Part shown: piece after piece, positions 1 to 14,521 of the stretch
How the letters are laid out: the number at the start of each line of letters is the position of its first letter
Numbering within the stretch: the stretch's first letter is position 1
From: Eledone cirrhosa
Lineage: Eukaryota
Reading direction: 5' to 3'
NCBI GenBank assembly: GCA_964016885.1
Contig: CAXHJY010001379.1
Coordinates: 26,812-90,811 of the forward strand
DNA length: 64,000 nucleotides
Made by a program: the position numbers and the translations under genes
Notes under the pieces: generated by a model
The model's input: only the letters and a program-made list of their open reading frames with translations
Database searches by the model: none
Told to the model about the DNA's origin: nothing

Positions 1-469
1 CTACCACCCCAATGATATGAGCCCCGACGGGGTGGAAGAATGCTCTCTTGTGTGTCGTCAGAATCCCAGGCGCAATCCATCTTGTGGTCCCTGCGGGGGA
101 GAGAATGTAAAGAGTACTGCCCAGGAGGACAGCGTGTTGATATAGTCATTCTAACTAGCGGGGGTTCACTTCTGCGGGTGGCCAACTCCAACCCCAGTGA
201 CTAAAGAGGTAGTAAGGGAACCCAAGGCATCAGAAGTCTCCACCGCTATAGGCTAGACGAGAAGCCAGTTTATTTCGTAAGGCTTACTCTAGCGGTTGGC
301 CAACTCCGCTTAATAGCAGTATGTAGGGAGGTGAAGTCTTTACTGCTATAGGTTTGATAAGAATGCAGTCCATTTCATGGGACTCACTCCTGCGGGTGGC
401 TGACTCCATCCCGATAACAGTCAAACATGTGCGAGAGTCCAACTAAAACATGTTTTCCGATCCGACGAC

Positions 470-625
470 GAGTGCTCCGTGTGATTTAATTAACGGGGCT
501 GACTGCTCATGAAATTAACGTTTAAGTGGCTGAGCATTCCACAGACACGTGCAGCCTTAACGTAGTTCTCAATGAGATTCGGTGTGATAAGGACCGCCTC
601 CTAGAATTTACAAATACAACTAAGT
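470..625. repeat. Dispersed repeat with an inverted partner at about 7400-7560
   Basis: gaaattaacgt..gctgagcattccacagacacgtg matches the reverse complement of cacgtgtctgtggaatgctcagc..acgttaatttc. Confidence 0.65.
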
Positions 626-3438
626 TTTTTAATTAATATTAAGGTTAGCGTTTCTTTCAATTTTAAATGCAGGGCAATAACCATGAAACTGCCTTTAAAC
701 AATAATAAAATATATTGTTTTCTTTTTATATAAATTCTCTCCAAAACATCTTCATTCCCTGACTAAACAAACAAACAAAAAAAGAATAAAGAACTGTTTC
801 TACAACTCATACATGAAACTGTTGCCTTATCTGATAGAAATAGCAGCCAAATCTATCTCCTATCACACACACCCTCTACTGTTTTCGGGAAGGACACATT
901 GAATATCGTAGTCCTGGGTTCCCTGTAAATAAGAAAAAGATAAGATGGTTACGGCTGGAATGTCTGCTAAAAAAAAGCAATTAAGATCAGTCCCAAACCC
1001 GGAGGTTCTTCGTGTTGGTGCTCACCCCGGTTTTCTCGACGTTAAGTGACTGAAGGTTTGAGACTCACCCCACACTAGACAGGACACCACCCAGTCTTTT
1101 ATATTCTTCTAAACATAGTTTATTCAATGTTACATTATCCAATGTATCCTTCCCTTTATTATTATTATTATTATTTTATGATGGTAAGATCGTTTAGGTT
1201 CGATTTCTGGACTGGGTGTTTATCCAATGTTTTGATCGAATCTGAACTTCAAAAGTGTTCGTTTTTATTTTTTTAAGATAAATTGATGGGTGGGATCCTC
1301 GGAGTTTTCGGATTTTGGAGGTGTGACGCATATTTTACTTGAAACATATTCGTCGCCGAAATTATTTACATTTGTATAATGAAAGAACGAAAATATTTGA
1401 TAAAACGAAAGTACATTCGATAAAACGATAGTCTTCGATTATATCCCTGATATTCCTCCTTACTTAAGTTTCATGACCGTCAATCTACGACACTTATATT
1501 CGTCAGTTCTAGCATTAAAATAAAAACAAAACACCGAAAAATCGAAACCTTTATTAAATCATCAACGTTAGCAAATTAAAATATATATATATATTTTTAA
1601 AGAAAAGAAGGGAAAATATTAAATTGCCAAAGTAAGGGGGGGGATAGAAGGGAGTAACAGATTCTACACTCGGTCTAGTTAGTATGTATATATATATATA
1701 TATATTTTTTTTTTTTAAAAGGATTAACATAAGACAACACAAAATAATGTAACAAGTGTCGCAAAATGGGTTGAATTGGGAATTCGAAACCGGGTCATCA
1801 AGTTTGGTTTGCCGGAAGTTCTCTAAAGGAATTGTCAGCATGTCATAAAAGGCTATGGCGAATTTTATTTCGTAACATTTCTCTCGTCATTTAATTTCAA
1901 TTTATTATTATTGTTTTCGATTTTTAAAGAAATGATTTATATTTGTAAATAAAATAAAAGAAAACCAATTCAAAATTCTTTCTAACATTAGTACAAATTA
2001 ATAAATAATAATAATAATGGTTTCAGGAAAATAGCCTTGTTTTTTTGTTGAAAATATAAATAAATTATTTTGTTTTTAATTTATTTACTGCCAAAAAAGT
2101 TATATACAATGAACGTATATACGTTGCCTAGGAATAATATAATATACACATGTATGTATATAAATATATAAAAGGGATTATATATATAAATAAATAAATA
2201 TATATATATATATATTGTCAGGTAAACTGTTGATAATTATTATTCATAAACATAGGCACAAAACCAGAAATGTGTTAGAAGAATATAAATCGATTATAGT
2301 AATTATTTAATCGACTGATTTCCCTAGAAGGAGGGAAACTAAAGACGGCTTCGATTGTGATTTGAACTCGTTACGTAAAGATATGTAACAAGGCATTGTG
2401 ATAATACGACGCTCTGTCGAAGGACAAAGTAATTTTCTTAAAGAAAATGAAAAATTTAATGAAAACCATTTGTAGATATATTTAACAGGGGTTAATATTT
2501 ATATGAACAGATTGTTATAAATAAATTGATCATATGAATCTTGGGGAGGAAAGAAAAAAATAGCAGAGAAAGAATTAGAAATGTCAACTACGAAACTGAT
2601 ATTTCATATATGTTTTACATGAAAATGCAAATGACTCGGGTCATGTTTTTTTTCTTTTTGGCTGCGGGACTATAACAAATTGAAGGATACAAAGAAAGAA
2701 GAAAAGAGAAAGGGGTTTATATAGGGGAAAATGTGGAGGTAAATAAGTGTAATGAAGAGAATAAATAATATTTAAAAAATTAAATCAAATAATAGAAAAG
2801 ACCGTAGATTAGTAATGACTGAAATATAATTATTACAAAAAATATCCCTGTAAATAATTTCATAAAAATTTACATAAAAAAATACTACAACAGAAAAACA
2901 AACATTTTGTTTTATTTGTCCTCAGAATGGATAAAAAATATCTAAAACATATTTTTAAATCATGAAACAAAAAGAAAACGATAGTAATTCTAATTCTGAT
3001 ATTATTAATCATTATTATTGTAATTTTATAATCGATTTGGTGTTTAGTGGTTATTTATTATTATTATGCAAATGAGTTAGGTCAGTGTTTTGGTTGCGCA
3101 TGTTAAGATCCGGGTCGTTGTGTTCGTGTCCCCCTAGTATGTGTGTTGTGTGTGTGTCAGGTCCGTGCCAAACCAAAATCAAAAATTCTACCATATAAGC
3201 AAGCAAATATTAGATATATATACATATATATAAAAGGAAACAAAATAGACAAAAGCAACAACAAATCCATTGGAATAATAATTATTATTATTATCAATTA
3301 TCATCATCATTATCATATGAAGAAGACCAACAGCTAGTAACAACAGTACCAATATTATTATTTAAAAGACCAGTAGCAGCAATACCAACAGCAACCAAGT
3401 TAGTTTTTTTTTTATCTCTCTATTTTATATATTATATT

Positions 3439-3478
<40 letters not shown>

Positions 3479-3976
3479 ATAATATATATATTTATATAAT
3501 GTGTATGTATATCTGGTATCTATTATGTTATGTGTGTATATATTTGATGTATAATATGTTATACGTGTATAAATTTGATGTATTATGTATATATTTAGTA
3601 TATATGTATATATATATATATATATAAATCCACCAATATCAAAACTCTTTGCACCAGAGCTAACCTCTATTCTCAACACTACATATACACACACAATTTT
3701 TTTTTTTTTAGATGTATTTTGTATATCTTTTCTCATCGTCTTTAGCTAATTTCCTCTAGGTTTGTCTAAACCTCACTTTCTCTCCTCCTTCACTACAACA
3801 GTTTGTTGAAAACATTAACTTCTATAATTACAAACTGCCAGATTTAATTTTACTGTTATCACTATTAACATTATTGAACCGTTTAGGGTTTTAATATCAC
3901 TTAATATACCATTAGCATCGCCACAAATATTGTTTATAATTAAGAATATAAACCAAAGCAAACTAGACCAGCAAGA

Positions 3977-4018
<42 letters not shown>

Positions 4019-4869
4019 TAACCAGTTATTTGTTTTTAGTCGACGATATTTAAATATATTTGTAAAATAGCTTCACACACAAAGACAAAAGCCAGCAGTC
4101 TGTTATTTTTATTATTTTGTTTTTCCTGTGTATAAAATGTCTGTTTTATTATCCAGCCGGCTTATGTGTGTATTGTTACATCAGTTGTTGTTGTTTTTTT
4201 TAAGTATATATTTATTTAAAAGTAAAACGGTAAATGGATGCTTATAATAAATTATATTGAAATGTACATTTCAATACAATGTGGGTGTGTATACATGTGT
4301 GGGTGTATATACATATATTTGTATACGCAAAAGAACAACAAATTCGTACATAATACAAATAGTGATGATATATACACAAATATAGACCAATTACTTTTTA
4401 AAATATACATATTATATATACACATATAGATATGGTTTAAACTGATGTTTTGTATACACTATAAAGCTAGCCGGTTTATATATATATATATATGTGCGTT
4501 AATATATATCCACAGTAAGATAGCAACAATTAAAATTATTTACAAGAATAGTTTAAAATTCCAATCTAACTGCTTCTGTGCGAACGTTGTTTTATTTTAA
4601 TCTACAAGACAATGGCTAGTTTTTATGTTGTGGCTTGCTGAGCCATGTTTGTTGAGGTCCTTGCAAATTGTAGACAATGACGCCACAGTCATGTATGTGT
4701 GTATATATAATATATATATGTATATTATAGACGATGCTAACTCTGTATATTATATGTATATATATATATGTATATTTGTTTCTACTTTAGGCACAAGGCC
4801 AGCAATTACTCAGTTCATTACTGGTACTTTATTTTATCGACCCCGTAATGTGTATATATATATATATAT

Positions 4870-4901
<32 letters not shown>

Positions 4902-6585
4902 TACGTTGACTTTGTACCGTTTTCGTTTACGACACTCGTTTCTGATATATAAAAACACTTGTGTATATATAACCGTTATCTATCCATATATATATATATA
5001 TATATATATATATGGTTACGAAATACCCATATACTTATTACAGCCAAGCACGAATTATGTGTATATGTGTTTGTTTGTGTGTTTATATTTATGTATATAT
5101 TTATACTCGTTTATTTAGAATACTCGTAATTTTTATACAGTGGAAATATAGGTTAGCTAAGGTTTAAGTACACAAACATGTGTAACTGGACATACCTATA
5201 TATAATATATATATATATATATAATCATTCAGCGACTCATATTATTCTCAACTAAACCTTATTGAATGAATATATATATATTTAACTGAACAATATTATA
5301 TTTGTGAAAGAAAACATAATGAACGGATTTAAAATTTAAGACAAAACTAAAACAAAGGTTGGTTAAAAATCATACACAGACCATCTTTTATTTTAATTAT
5401 TTTAAATGAAAACAATTTTAGTTAAATAAAACTCAATAATATTCAACAAGAATTCCACCAGCACAATAACAATAACACCAACTGCTTGTGTGGTCACCAA
5501 CTTTGCTAGAAATAATAGCGAAATCCTCCTCAAATCACATGAGTTGAAACAAATTTCCCCCTCCAACGCAAGACGGGCGTGATTGTAAAAAATTTACCAT
5601 CTCATTCTTTTTTTAATTTTTTTTTTTTTTTTTTTTTTTAAGGGAAACCCCACATTGATATATTTGATATAGATGGACTAGAATAGAGAAGTGGGGAATG
5701 GTCATAGCAGGATTGGTTTTGATCATAGGGCTGAACTACAAGATCTGACCTAGGGTTAAATAGCAAGAAACAAACAAGACACTTATCCGTTTCTGTAATT
5801 TCAGGTTTTAAATAAAAGAAACATGGAAAGGAGAATGGTAGATGTAGCATTAAGCGAAGGAGGGGGGGGGGGGGGGGGGGGTTACTAACATGGTTATGCA
5901 TGGTTATGTGTGTTATTCGTGCAGAGGGCATCCCTGGGAAAGATTTCCCATGTCATTAGGTAACATTAGGCACACACAGGTCTCTCTCTCTACAGTCTGT
6001 CTCTCTAGTCTGTGTGCCTCTCTCTATATATACACACACACACACCTTTCCTCTCTCTCTACCGACCGAAATCAAATGTTAATGTATTGTTTTATTCCAC
6101 TTAATGTCCTTGAGAAAGCATGAACGTCACCGAATCACTTCACCTCACTACCCTATCAGTGGTCAGTTTTTAGCCAACAAAATTAGCCGCTCGTCCACGT
6201 ATGACTCCATGTTCGTTTTGTACTTTTACTCCATCTTAAATATTTGTATGTGTTTGTGTGTGTGTTTTAGGGCTTGAAATTGAGAATTAAACATAAGGTT
6301 GGCTTTTAAATTAAATCTCTAAAGCACAATTATGACAATTTGGTTTACAACTAAATCTGCCCCTACCTCTCCCCTACCTCCCTCACCCTACCTACCTCTC
6401 CCCTACCTCCCTCTCTTTCTCTCTCTCTGTACCGTTTTGTTAAGACAGCAGTATCGATGAAACTTCGAAGTAAACTGTCAGCATTATAATAGTAAATATT
6501 TTGACTATATAAAATATACAAACATGATTGCATCCTTCATTCATTGCATGTTTAGTTTATGTAAACACACTCCTACACAAGCGTG

Positions 6586-6662
<77 letters not shown>

Positions 6663-6738
6663 TTTGAAATTTGATTACTCAGTCATGTTTGTATACTAAC
6701 AAATCTATTTCCCCTTTAAATATGTCCATAAACATTGA

Positions 6739-6788
<50 letters not shown>

Positions 6789-7106
6789 CTCAATAAACGT
6801 AATGAAGACATAAATCGTCCTTTTTATCACACACACACACACACACACACACACCCTCTGATGCCCGTTATCCCCATGCCAATAATTAGTAGAGGGTCGT
6901 AGTTCTGTTCTGTCGGGTGGATTTGTATATCGGGGGGACAGTTTTCGAAGGATGTGTGTGGTTTAAACTCATCATTGATCGGTCTGAGTGAGGTCGAATG
7001 TGGGTTTATGGATTGTTTGCTATCACCTCGGACTTGGTGGCTGTTAGCTTTGGTTTGATATGGATGGATTTAAGTTAAGTAAAGAAAATTGACAGCCTTA
7101 GTTACA

Positions 7107-7141
<35 letters not shown>

Positions 7142-10100
7142 TATACACAAGGTGAGCAATTACATAAGTATAAGTGTAATTTTAGGTATTCAATAAATAA
7201 AAACTGATATTCACTTTTCATTTTTTTTATTTCGTGGTGTCAGAGGTCAGGTCGCAAGGGCTGCGAGGTAAATTTTGACACTTAGCTTCCAAAAAAATGT
7301 CTTATTCCACGGTGTAATTGCTTTAGTTTTCAACACACTTGCCAATCATGTGGTCATTAGACTTATTAATGATTTAACAATGTAATTACTTAAGGAGGGT
7401 GGGCAGTTTTTTTGTCTCGCGTTGAACCTCGATGAGAATTGCATTGAGTACACGTGTCTGTGGAATGCTCAGCCCACATGCACGTTAATTTCGTGAGTAA
7501 GCTCCGTACCGTTGATCGAGCTACTTGACAACTACTCATCGTAGAAACAGACTGAGGTCCCGAGAGGCCAAGTCTATCTATTACCAGGGGATGGGGATGC
7601 AGTTATTTATAAATCAACAGAATCCATCAAATATTTTGCTCTGATACTTTATTTTTATTGACTGCTTGGAGATAATGACGAATCGTTATAATCGATATCT
7701 GAAGGTGATAGATTTTGTATAAAAACAATGTTTATATATATGTATTATTCGATTTTTGTAGTTTTCTCTCGCTCTTTCCCCTTGTGTTAGTATTTCATTT
7801 GGAGAAAAAAAGGCGGTTACGTTTCATCCACCATTTCCTGTCCGAATATTTTTTAAAAAATACCTTGCAGTACTTACTTCAGTTGCGTCCCTTTACGTTT
7901 TTAAGTTCAAACTCTGTCATCGTAGACTTTGGCCGTCATCCTTCAGTAGTGGATAAAATAAAGTACCAGTTAAGTACTGGATGTGTGGGGGGGGGGGTCG
8001 ATCTAATTGACTATAATAACCTTCTCCAAGACACCTGGCCTGGTGCCAATGTTATTGTGTGTGTGTGTGTGTTATGCAGATATATATTTTATATTTTAAA
8101 TACCATTCTTAGTTTTTAAATATATTTCAAAATTTATTAGTTTTGGCGAATCGCCAAAGACTAATTTTTTTTTTTACTATACTTGTACTGCTGCCTGAAA
8201 CATTTTATCTGGATTAGACTTAAACAAGTAATTTTAAATTTCCTGGGGGTTTTATTTTTGGGTGGGAGGGTGTTCTTTTCAGATTTTAGTGAAATGGTAG
8301 GGTTTAGGAAAATATGGTGTTCATGTATTTCGTGAGGATGTTTAGCAAAGTAGATTATATTACAGCCCCTAACAAATAGATTTATTTATTTCAATGGCTA
8401 CTATATTCAAATTATTTTATAATCAAACGACTGACTTTCTTCTTAAACTGTTTTTTTTTTATTTTTTTTATTCAAGACTTCATTGCGTTATTGAAGGTAC
8501 ACGTACGTATATGCATGCACACACACACGTATGTATATGTGTATATGTATGCATGGATATATATATATATATATGAATGTATATATGTATGTCTCTGATG
8601 ACACTTTCTAATTGATCATTCACTATTCAATACTGTTTTGTTTTTCGTAGTTGGAAGTTTTATAGAAGCGTCTTGGAATATTCTAATTTCTTCCTTCAGA
8701 ATCAAACTTTTTCTTTCGTTCATTCCATTTTAAGTCCTTTTACTACAAGACTTTCTACTGGTTATGATACGAAAACTATCCATTTTAAACCCGTTTGATA
8801 ACCAAACCGCATGAGACCGTCTCTAGTTCTGACCGACCGTCCCAGATTTCATACAGACATTGTGTATTGTATCTCTAGAAATACATTATCTAATGTATCT
8901 TTCGTTTTTTCTTTTTTTTTTAACGTAGTGTGGTGTCAGGTTGGAGAGATTTGGTTGTCTCTAGCAAGTCGAATAACAGTATAGACCAGGTCTCAAACAC
9001 AGTGGATCATTTCTTGTTGTTTGGACGCACGCCCCCATATGGGGCAATTTGAAAATGATGTTAATGAGAACAAACTTCAGGTTTTACCTTATTACTTTTA
9101 CACCAAGGCAAGTTTGGTATACATTACTGTCAGAAACTCCTGTCTCACATTCTCCTCCACACGTTATTGTACATCTAGCACTACCTATAGTTTCGGATTT
9201 AGGACAAATGAGAGCCCCCTTCCTGGCCAATGGGGACCTGTGCTTGAGCACACAAGTACAAAGGTAAATTCAGCACTGCAGTTGCTGTTTTTATATCAAA
9301 GGGTCGGGGGTATTACAATGTTTGGTATGTTGAGGTGGGGCATGGTACACAAAAGATTGGGAACTACTGTTCTATACACTCAACCATGAATTAGAAATAG
9401 GTTTGTTTAGCCCCTGGTCACTTTGGATCAGTTGTTCCAGAATTTATTTTATACGATTCTCCAAAAATTGAGACACCCATGTTTATGAGTTTGCTAAAAA
9501 GTTCATGAACTGACCAAGAGACTCTCATGGAATGTCCAAATGAGATTTATTTTTCAACATAGTCCCAAGAAAGATACAATGCAGTTATTACTAAGGTTTG
9601 AAATTAATGCCACACAAGATTTCACAACTGTAGCAACACTCCTTCATAGTCAGCCTATGAACTTCTCAGCATACCCTTTTATTTTATGGAGAATCTCCAT
9701 CACCCTAATTAAGGTAAGGTAATGTAAATGGCCCTTTAACGCCTGATAGTCGTAAGGGTGGCATGTCTAACATTTTAAGTCTGGTAGAGCCCACCTCTCT
9801 CAAGGTCAGAATACAGTCAATTTCTTCTGGAGAAAGAGGAAGAATTTGCCCCAATACTGTACTGCTACTTTATTGACCTTGAAAGAATGAAAGGCAAAAG
9901 TGACCTTGGTTGGATTTGAACTCAGAATATAAAGTGCTGTGAAATGGAACAAAGACCACAGTATTTTAGAATCCAGCTTTTTCTTTTGTATTTAAGACAT
10001 TTATTAGATATATCCTTCACTTTCTAAGGCAATAGTTATGAGGGAGGCATTAGCTGTTATTTCTTGCAATCTACACGACTGTGCAGAAGATCTTTGTGAA

Positions 10101-10444
10101 GTTTAGTTCTAGGTTAGTCTAGGGCTACATTATCCCAATGTCTTTACTCTTCTAATATTATATAAATAGGATTTGCAGGAAATTTTCGTTTTCATTTCTA
10201 GCTGATTGAGTACCCATATAGTTTCTGAGTAATTCATCATCATCATCATTGATGGGTTGGATGGGTAATCATCAGATCAAGTTGGTACTCAGAGCAGACT
10301 GCAACCATACTTAGTGCTTAAATAGGCTGCTGGCCCAAGATTTGCTTACATACAATCCCATGCACTACTGAGTACATTTTATTGTAACACTGGCACCAGG
10401 GAGGTTATCATGTTCTTGATATAGCTGAAGAGTCTTCTCAATCC

Positions 10445-10800
10445 TTTGTATAGCAGGTTTTTCTATGGCTGGATACGCCTCCATTTACCAACCACTTTAC
10501 AGAGTGTACTGGGTGTGTTTATGGTGTAAATCACCAACACTAGGGAGGATAGGTGAAGTCCTTCAAACCCTTTGTTTGACATTTTTTTTTCTATCGCTGG
10601 ATACTCCTCCATTTACCAACCAGTTTAGTGTACTGGGTGTGTTTATCATGTAAATCATCAACACTAGGGAGGTTAGGTGAAAGCCTCCCAACCCTTTGTT
10701 TAGCAGGTTTTTCTATGGCTGGATACTTTTCCATTTACCAACCACTTTACAGAGTGTACTGGGTGAGTTTATTGTATAAATCACCAACACTAGTGAGATA
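10445..10800. repeat. Three tandem copies (about 125 bp) of the SINE B body
   Basis: gctggatac...ccatttaccaacca.ttta..gtgtactgggtg...aaatca.caacactag occurs three times. Confidence 0.8.
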
Positions 10801-11091
10801 AGATAAAGAGTCCATCTGACCCTGGAGAAGTCCAGCAGCCTTGCTCAAGTAAAAAAGAATAAAATAAAATCAGTGACAATAATTGTGACGGTTGATCTCC
10901 CAACCCTAACCATGTGTACAATAGTCCAGTATTTCAACCATGCAGCTATTATACCACTTGTCATACCTAAAAATATTAATCAACAATTGATATGTAGAGA
11001 AAGATAAATTGCTGTTATTCCATTGATAATTTCTTATCTTAGAAAAAGAATTGTTCTGTTTTGTGCTATTTTTGTGGCATTATTTCATTTA

Positions 11092-11268
11092 AAGGTGGTG
11101 GGTTGTCAGTATCAGTAGAGCGTCGGATACCATGCTTTGCAGCATAGTTATGGCCCTTTGCCTTCTGAGTTCAAATCGCGCCGAGGTTAACTTTGCCTTT
11201 CATCCTTACAGGGTCGATAAAACAAAGTACCAGTAACGAACTGGGGTTGATTTATTTAACTTTCCCCT
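11092..11268 (+). mobile_element. SINE family A copy abutting a minisatellite
   Basis: ttctgagttcaaatcgcgccgaggttaactttgcctttcatcc core shared with the other copies. Confidence 0.75.
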
Positions 11269-11560
11269 GCAGTTTGTATTTCTGTTGTGGTCTAGAACTA
11301 TGCAAGGAACACCGGAGGTCTGCAGTTTGTATTTCTGTTGTGGTCTAGAACTATGCAAGGAACACCGGAGGTCTGCAGTTTGTATTTCTGTTGTGGTCTA
11401 GAACTATGCAAGGAACACCGGAGGTCTGCAGTTTGTATTTCTGTTGTGGTCTAGAACTATGCAAGGAACACCGGAGGTCTGCAGTTTGTATTTCTGTTGT
11501 GGTCTAGAACTATGCAGTGAATACCAGAGGTCTGCAGCTTATATATGTCATGATCTAGAA
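11267..11560. repeat. 53-bp minisatellite
   Basis: Unit ctgcagtttgtatttctgttgtggtctagaactatgcaaggaacaccggaggt starts at 11267, 11320, 11373 and 11426 (identical), then 11479 (diverged end). More diverged units at about 11655-11750. Confidence 0.95.
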
Positions 11561-11892
11561 CAGGCATGGCTATCTCATCATATGGCGGGCTGCACTACTA
11601 AAAAATTCAAGGCAGTTTTGAAATTAGGCATGCCATTCAGAAAGCCAAACGAGCTGCAGTTTGCCCATGACTGGTCTAGAACTATGCAGGGAATACCAGA
11701 GGTTTACAGTCTGTATTTGTCGTAGACTAGAACTATGCAAGGAACCCCAACTCAGTAATTGCATACTGTCAGAACACCAACTAATTATGCAGTGTTTGAA
11801 GGAATTTAATAGAATAACTTTACTATTATTAAGCTGGTGTTTAGAATGTAAGTGTTTGGAGAATTTTACTAAAAGAGCTTTACCATTATTAA

Positions 11893-12092
11893 CTCTTTAG
11901 CATTTAAATCAGCCATATCCGGCCAGAATTCTCTCACCTCTTTCTGTTCAAACCAGCTGTAACCAGCTGCTCTTACTTAAGTTAAGGTATTATAAAAATG
12001 AATAACAAAATCTCAGACTCAATGTTATGTGAGGTAAAGCCTTTACCACGAAAATACAATAGTACATATAGAGTAACGTAAATGCTAAAGGG
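11893..12092. mobile_element. piggyBac-like MITE with TTAA target duplication
   Basis: ttaa|ctctttagcattta ... taaatgctaaaggg|ttaa. Confidence 0.7.
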
Positions 12093-12561
12093 TTAAACTG
12101 GTGTTTTGAGGGATTTAATAGAATAGCTTTACTATTATTAAACTGGTGTCAAGGGCAGTGGATTGGTACCAGTGTCAGACACCATGCTTTGTGGCAGGTG
12201 GCTATGTTCCTTTACATTCTGAATTCAAATCCTGCTGAGGTTAACCCCAATGACTGGCTGCACCAGCCGAGGGAAGTTAGTTGATTGGGTGATTTAATAT
12301 AAGTATTATCATTTTAAAACTGGCTATTTTTTTTTTATCATAGAATCAAACGTTTTTGTTTTTTTGGGGGCTGGTTTGCATTGAAATGGGTACCCTACAC
12401 AAGTACATGAATTTAATGTCAAGGTTTTCTATATTTGTGCATAGATAATCAAGTAATGCACTATTTCTTCTACAGCATGGCAAATTGGTAGTTGCCAGAA
12501 TGCTTTGTTATGTTCTGGTTCACTGCACTGAGTTCAAATCTGCTGATACAATGATATACAC

Positions 12562-12597
<36 letters not shown>

Positions 12598-13029
12598 ATA
12601 TGCAGTGAAGTACTCAGCAATAAGCGCTATTTGCGAGGAAGTGTATCCAGCCATAGAAAAACTGCCTCACAAAGTATCTTGTCCAGCCCATGCTGGCATG
12701 GAAAAGCTGACAAGTTGTGTTTGTGGAAACGGTAAAAAGCTTCTTATCTGGCTTTATCTAATAGGTATTATCTCGATGACTGTACTCAGAGTAGATGTAT
12801 CATGTATAATGCTAGAAATGATGTCAGCTTGTATTTATAACTATATTTAGTTGTTGCATTTGGTTAGTTTATTCACACACATTCGGTGTACAATAAAACC
12901 AAACTTATTCAACGTATATAGTATTTTGATGATTCATTTGCTGACACACTACACACTAGTTTGGTAATCAAAATCAAATGGACACAGTCTAGTCTTGCAT
13001 GTGGCAATCTCTTTAGTGCTAATGCTGCA

Positions 13030-13445
13030 ATAAAATGCCCCCAGTATACCCTATCTATCCATGGACAAGTTCTCTATCAGTCTCTGTCCTTTATCAGGGC
13101 TGCTATGTCCCGCGTCTCCTGGAGACCAGTGTCTGTCCTTAGGGTATCAACATGTCATCTTCGGTCCCCCTTTTCCAGTGGGTCTGTATAGAGGCTCCCA
13201 GAGTACCACTGAATGTCGGTGAGCATGTCCAGCTAACCTTAGTCTCCTCTGTGTCACTTTCGAGCTGACTCTTGGGAGGCTACTGTATAGCTCTGACTTC
13301 TTCATCCTCAATGAGTACAGGTTAATGTCCAGAGCCATCCTCAGCATTCTCGTGTAACACCCATCCACCTAACCCTTTTGAGTGAGTCTCTTGTTAAATT
13401 ACCAAGTCTCAGATCCATACAGCAGCACAGACTCCATACAATAGA
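13030..13445 (-). mobile_element. Non-LTR (RTE-like) C-terminal fragment
   Basis: ESVLLYGSETW, DGCYTRMLRMAL, RRLRLAGHAHRH. Confidence 0.75.
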
Positions 13446-14397
13446 GCCCTTTTGATGCCAAATCACCTGAAACTGTTCTTGGTTCAATGATGCAAAACTT
13501 TTAGCATGTTTATCTAAAAACCTTCCATCATAATTTTATATTAGAAACTTGTTCCAAACACCATATAAGTAAGAAAATTAGTTATATTACTAAATTCCTT
13601 CTAAATGTTTGATTATTTTTAAAATGATTTGAAAATTATGGGCAGTGTCTGTCATTAGAAATTTGTGCAGGTTTAAAGCCCAAGGAACTGCATATGAGAT
13701 ATAATCTCATAGAATGTTGGCTGAACCTGCACAGGTGTGAGTTGTAGGAATTGAATAGATTTGAACAAATGATATCAACTCCTTAGCAAAGGTTTCTATT
13801 TCTTTAATCAGACATTTGATATCAACTGCTGCCACACTGACTTCATCTAGTCTATGGTGATGTACTGAATGACAGCACAAAGTTCAAAATGAATTGAAAT
13901 TTGCCTTTTAGTTAGGGAAAGAAAACAAGCACCTTGTAACAACTGCTAGTAAACTCTTTCAAGAAAGTAAAGATTGAATTTTTGTGTTAAGTGGAAAAGT
14001 CTATTCAATGCATTTGAATATCTATCTAGTGATAAGAGAAAACATTAAAACCAATATTTTCTGAATGCAAAAAGAGAAAACACACCAAAAGACAAAAAAG
14101 CAGAGCATTTCATGTCATTGTTTAATCTATGCTATTTAAATAGTTTTATTAGTCCTGTCATGTGTTAGAAATATTCTATTTTTCTTCTGTTTGTGCATCT
14201 AGCTTATGTTATGTTAATAGTATTTGCTTTAATTAATGATCAAATGTATTATTCCATGCTGTTAACAAATTCATTTCACAACTGTTTGATTCCTGGTTCC
14301 AACTCCAACTGCGTCACACCTTGGGCATGGGCTAACCTGAATCTTGTCAGTGAATTTGGTAGGGCCACTATGGAAGCCAATCATGTGTTTATCTGTA

Positions 14398-14430
<33 letters not shown>

Positions 14431-14521
14431 GTGTGTGTGTAGTTGTTGTAAGGTTGCAATAAATGTGTCTGTAGGCGGTATGCCGTTTGAGCACTCGATG
14501 CTTATGCGGAGCAGAGTATAT

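Noticed and set aside
9021-9389. 122-aa ORF
   Set aside because: No recognisable motif or splice context; lies inside a decayed hAT-like element.
11267-11560. Regular repeat resembling a CRISPR array
   Set aside because: Units are contiguous and identical with no unique spacers, there are no cas genes, and the context is eukaryotic.
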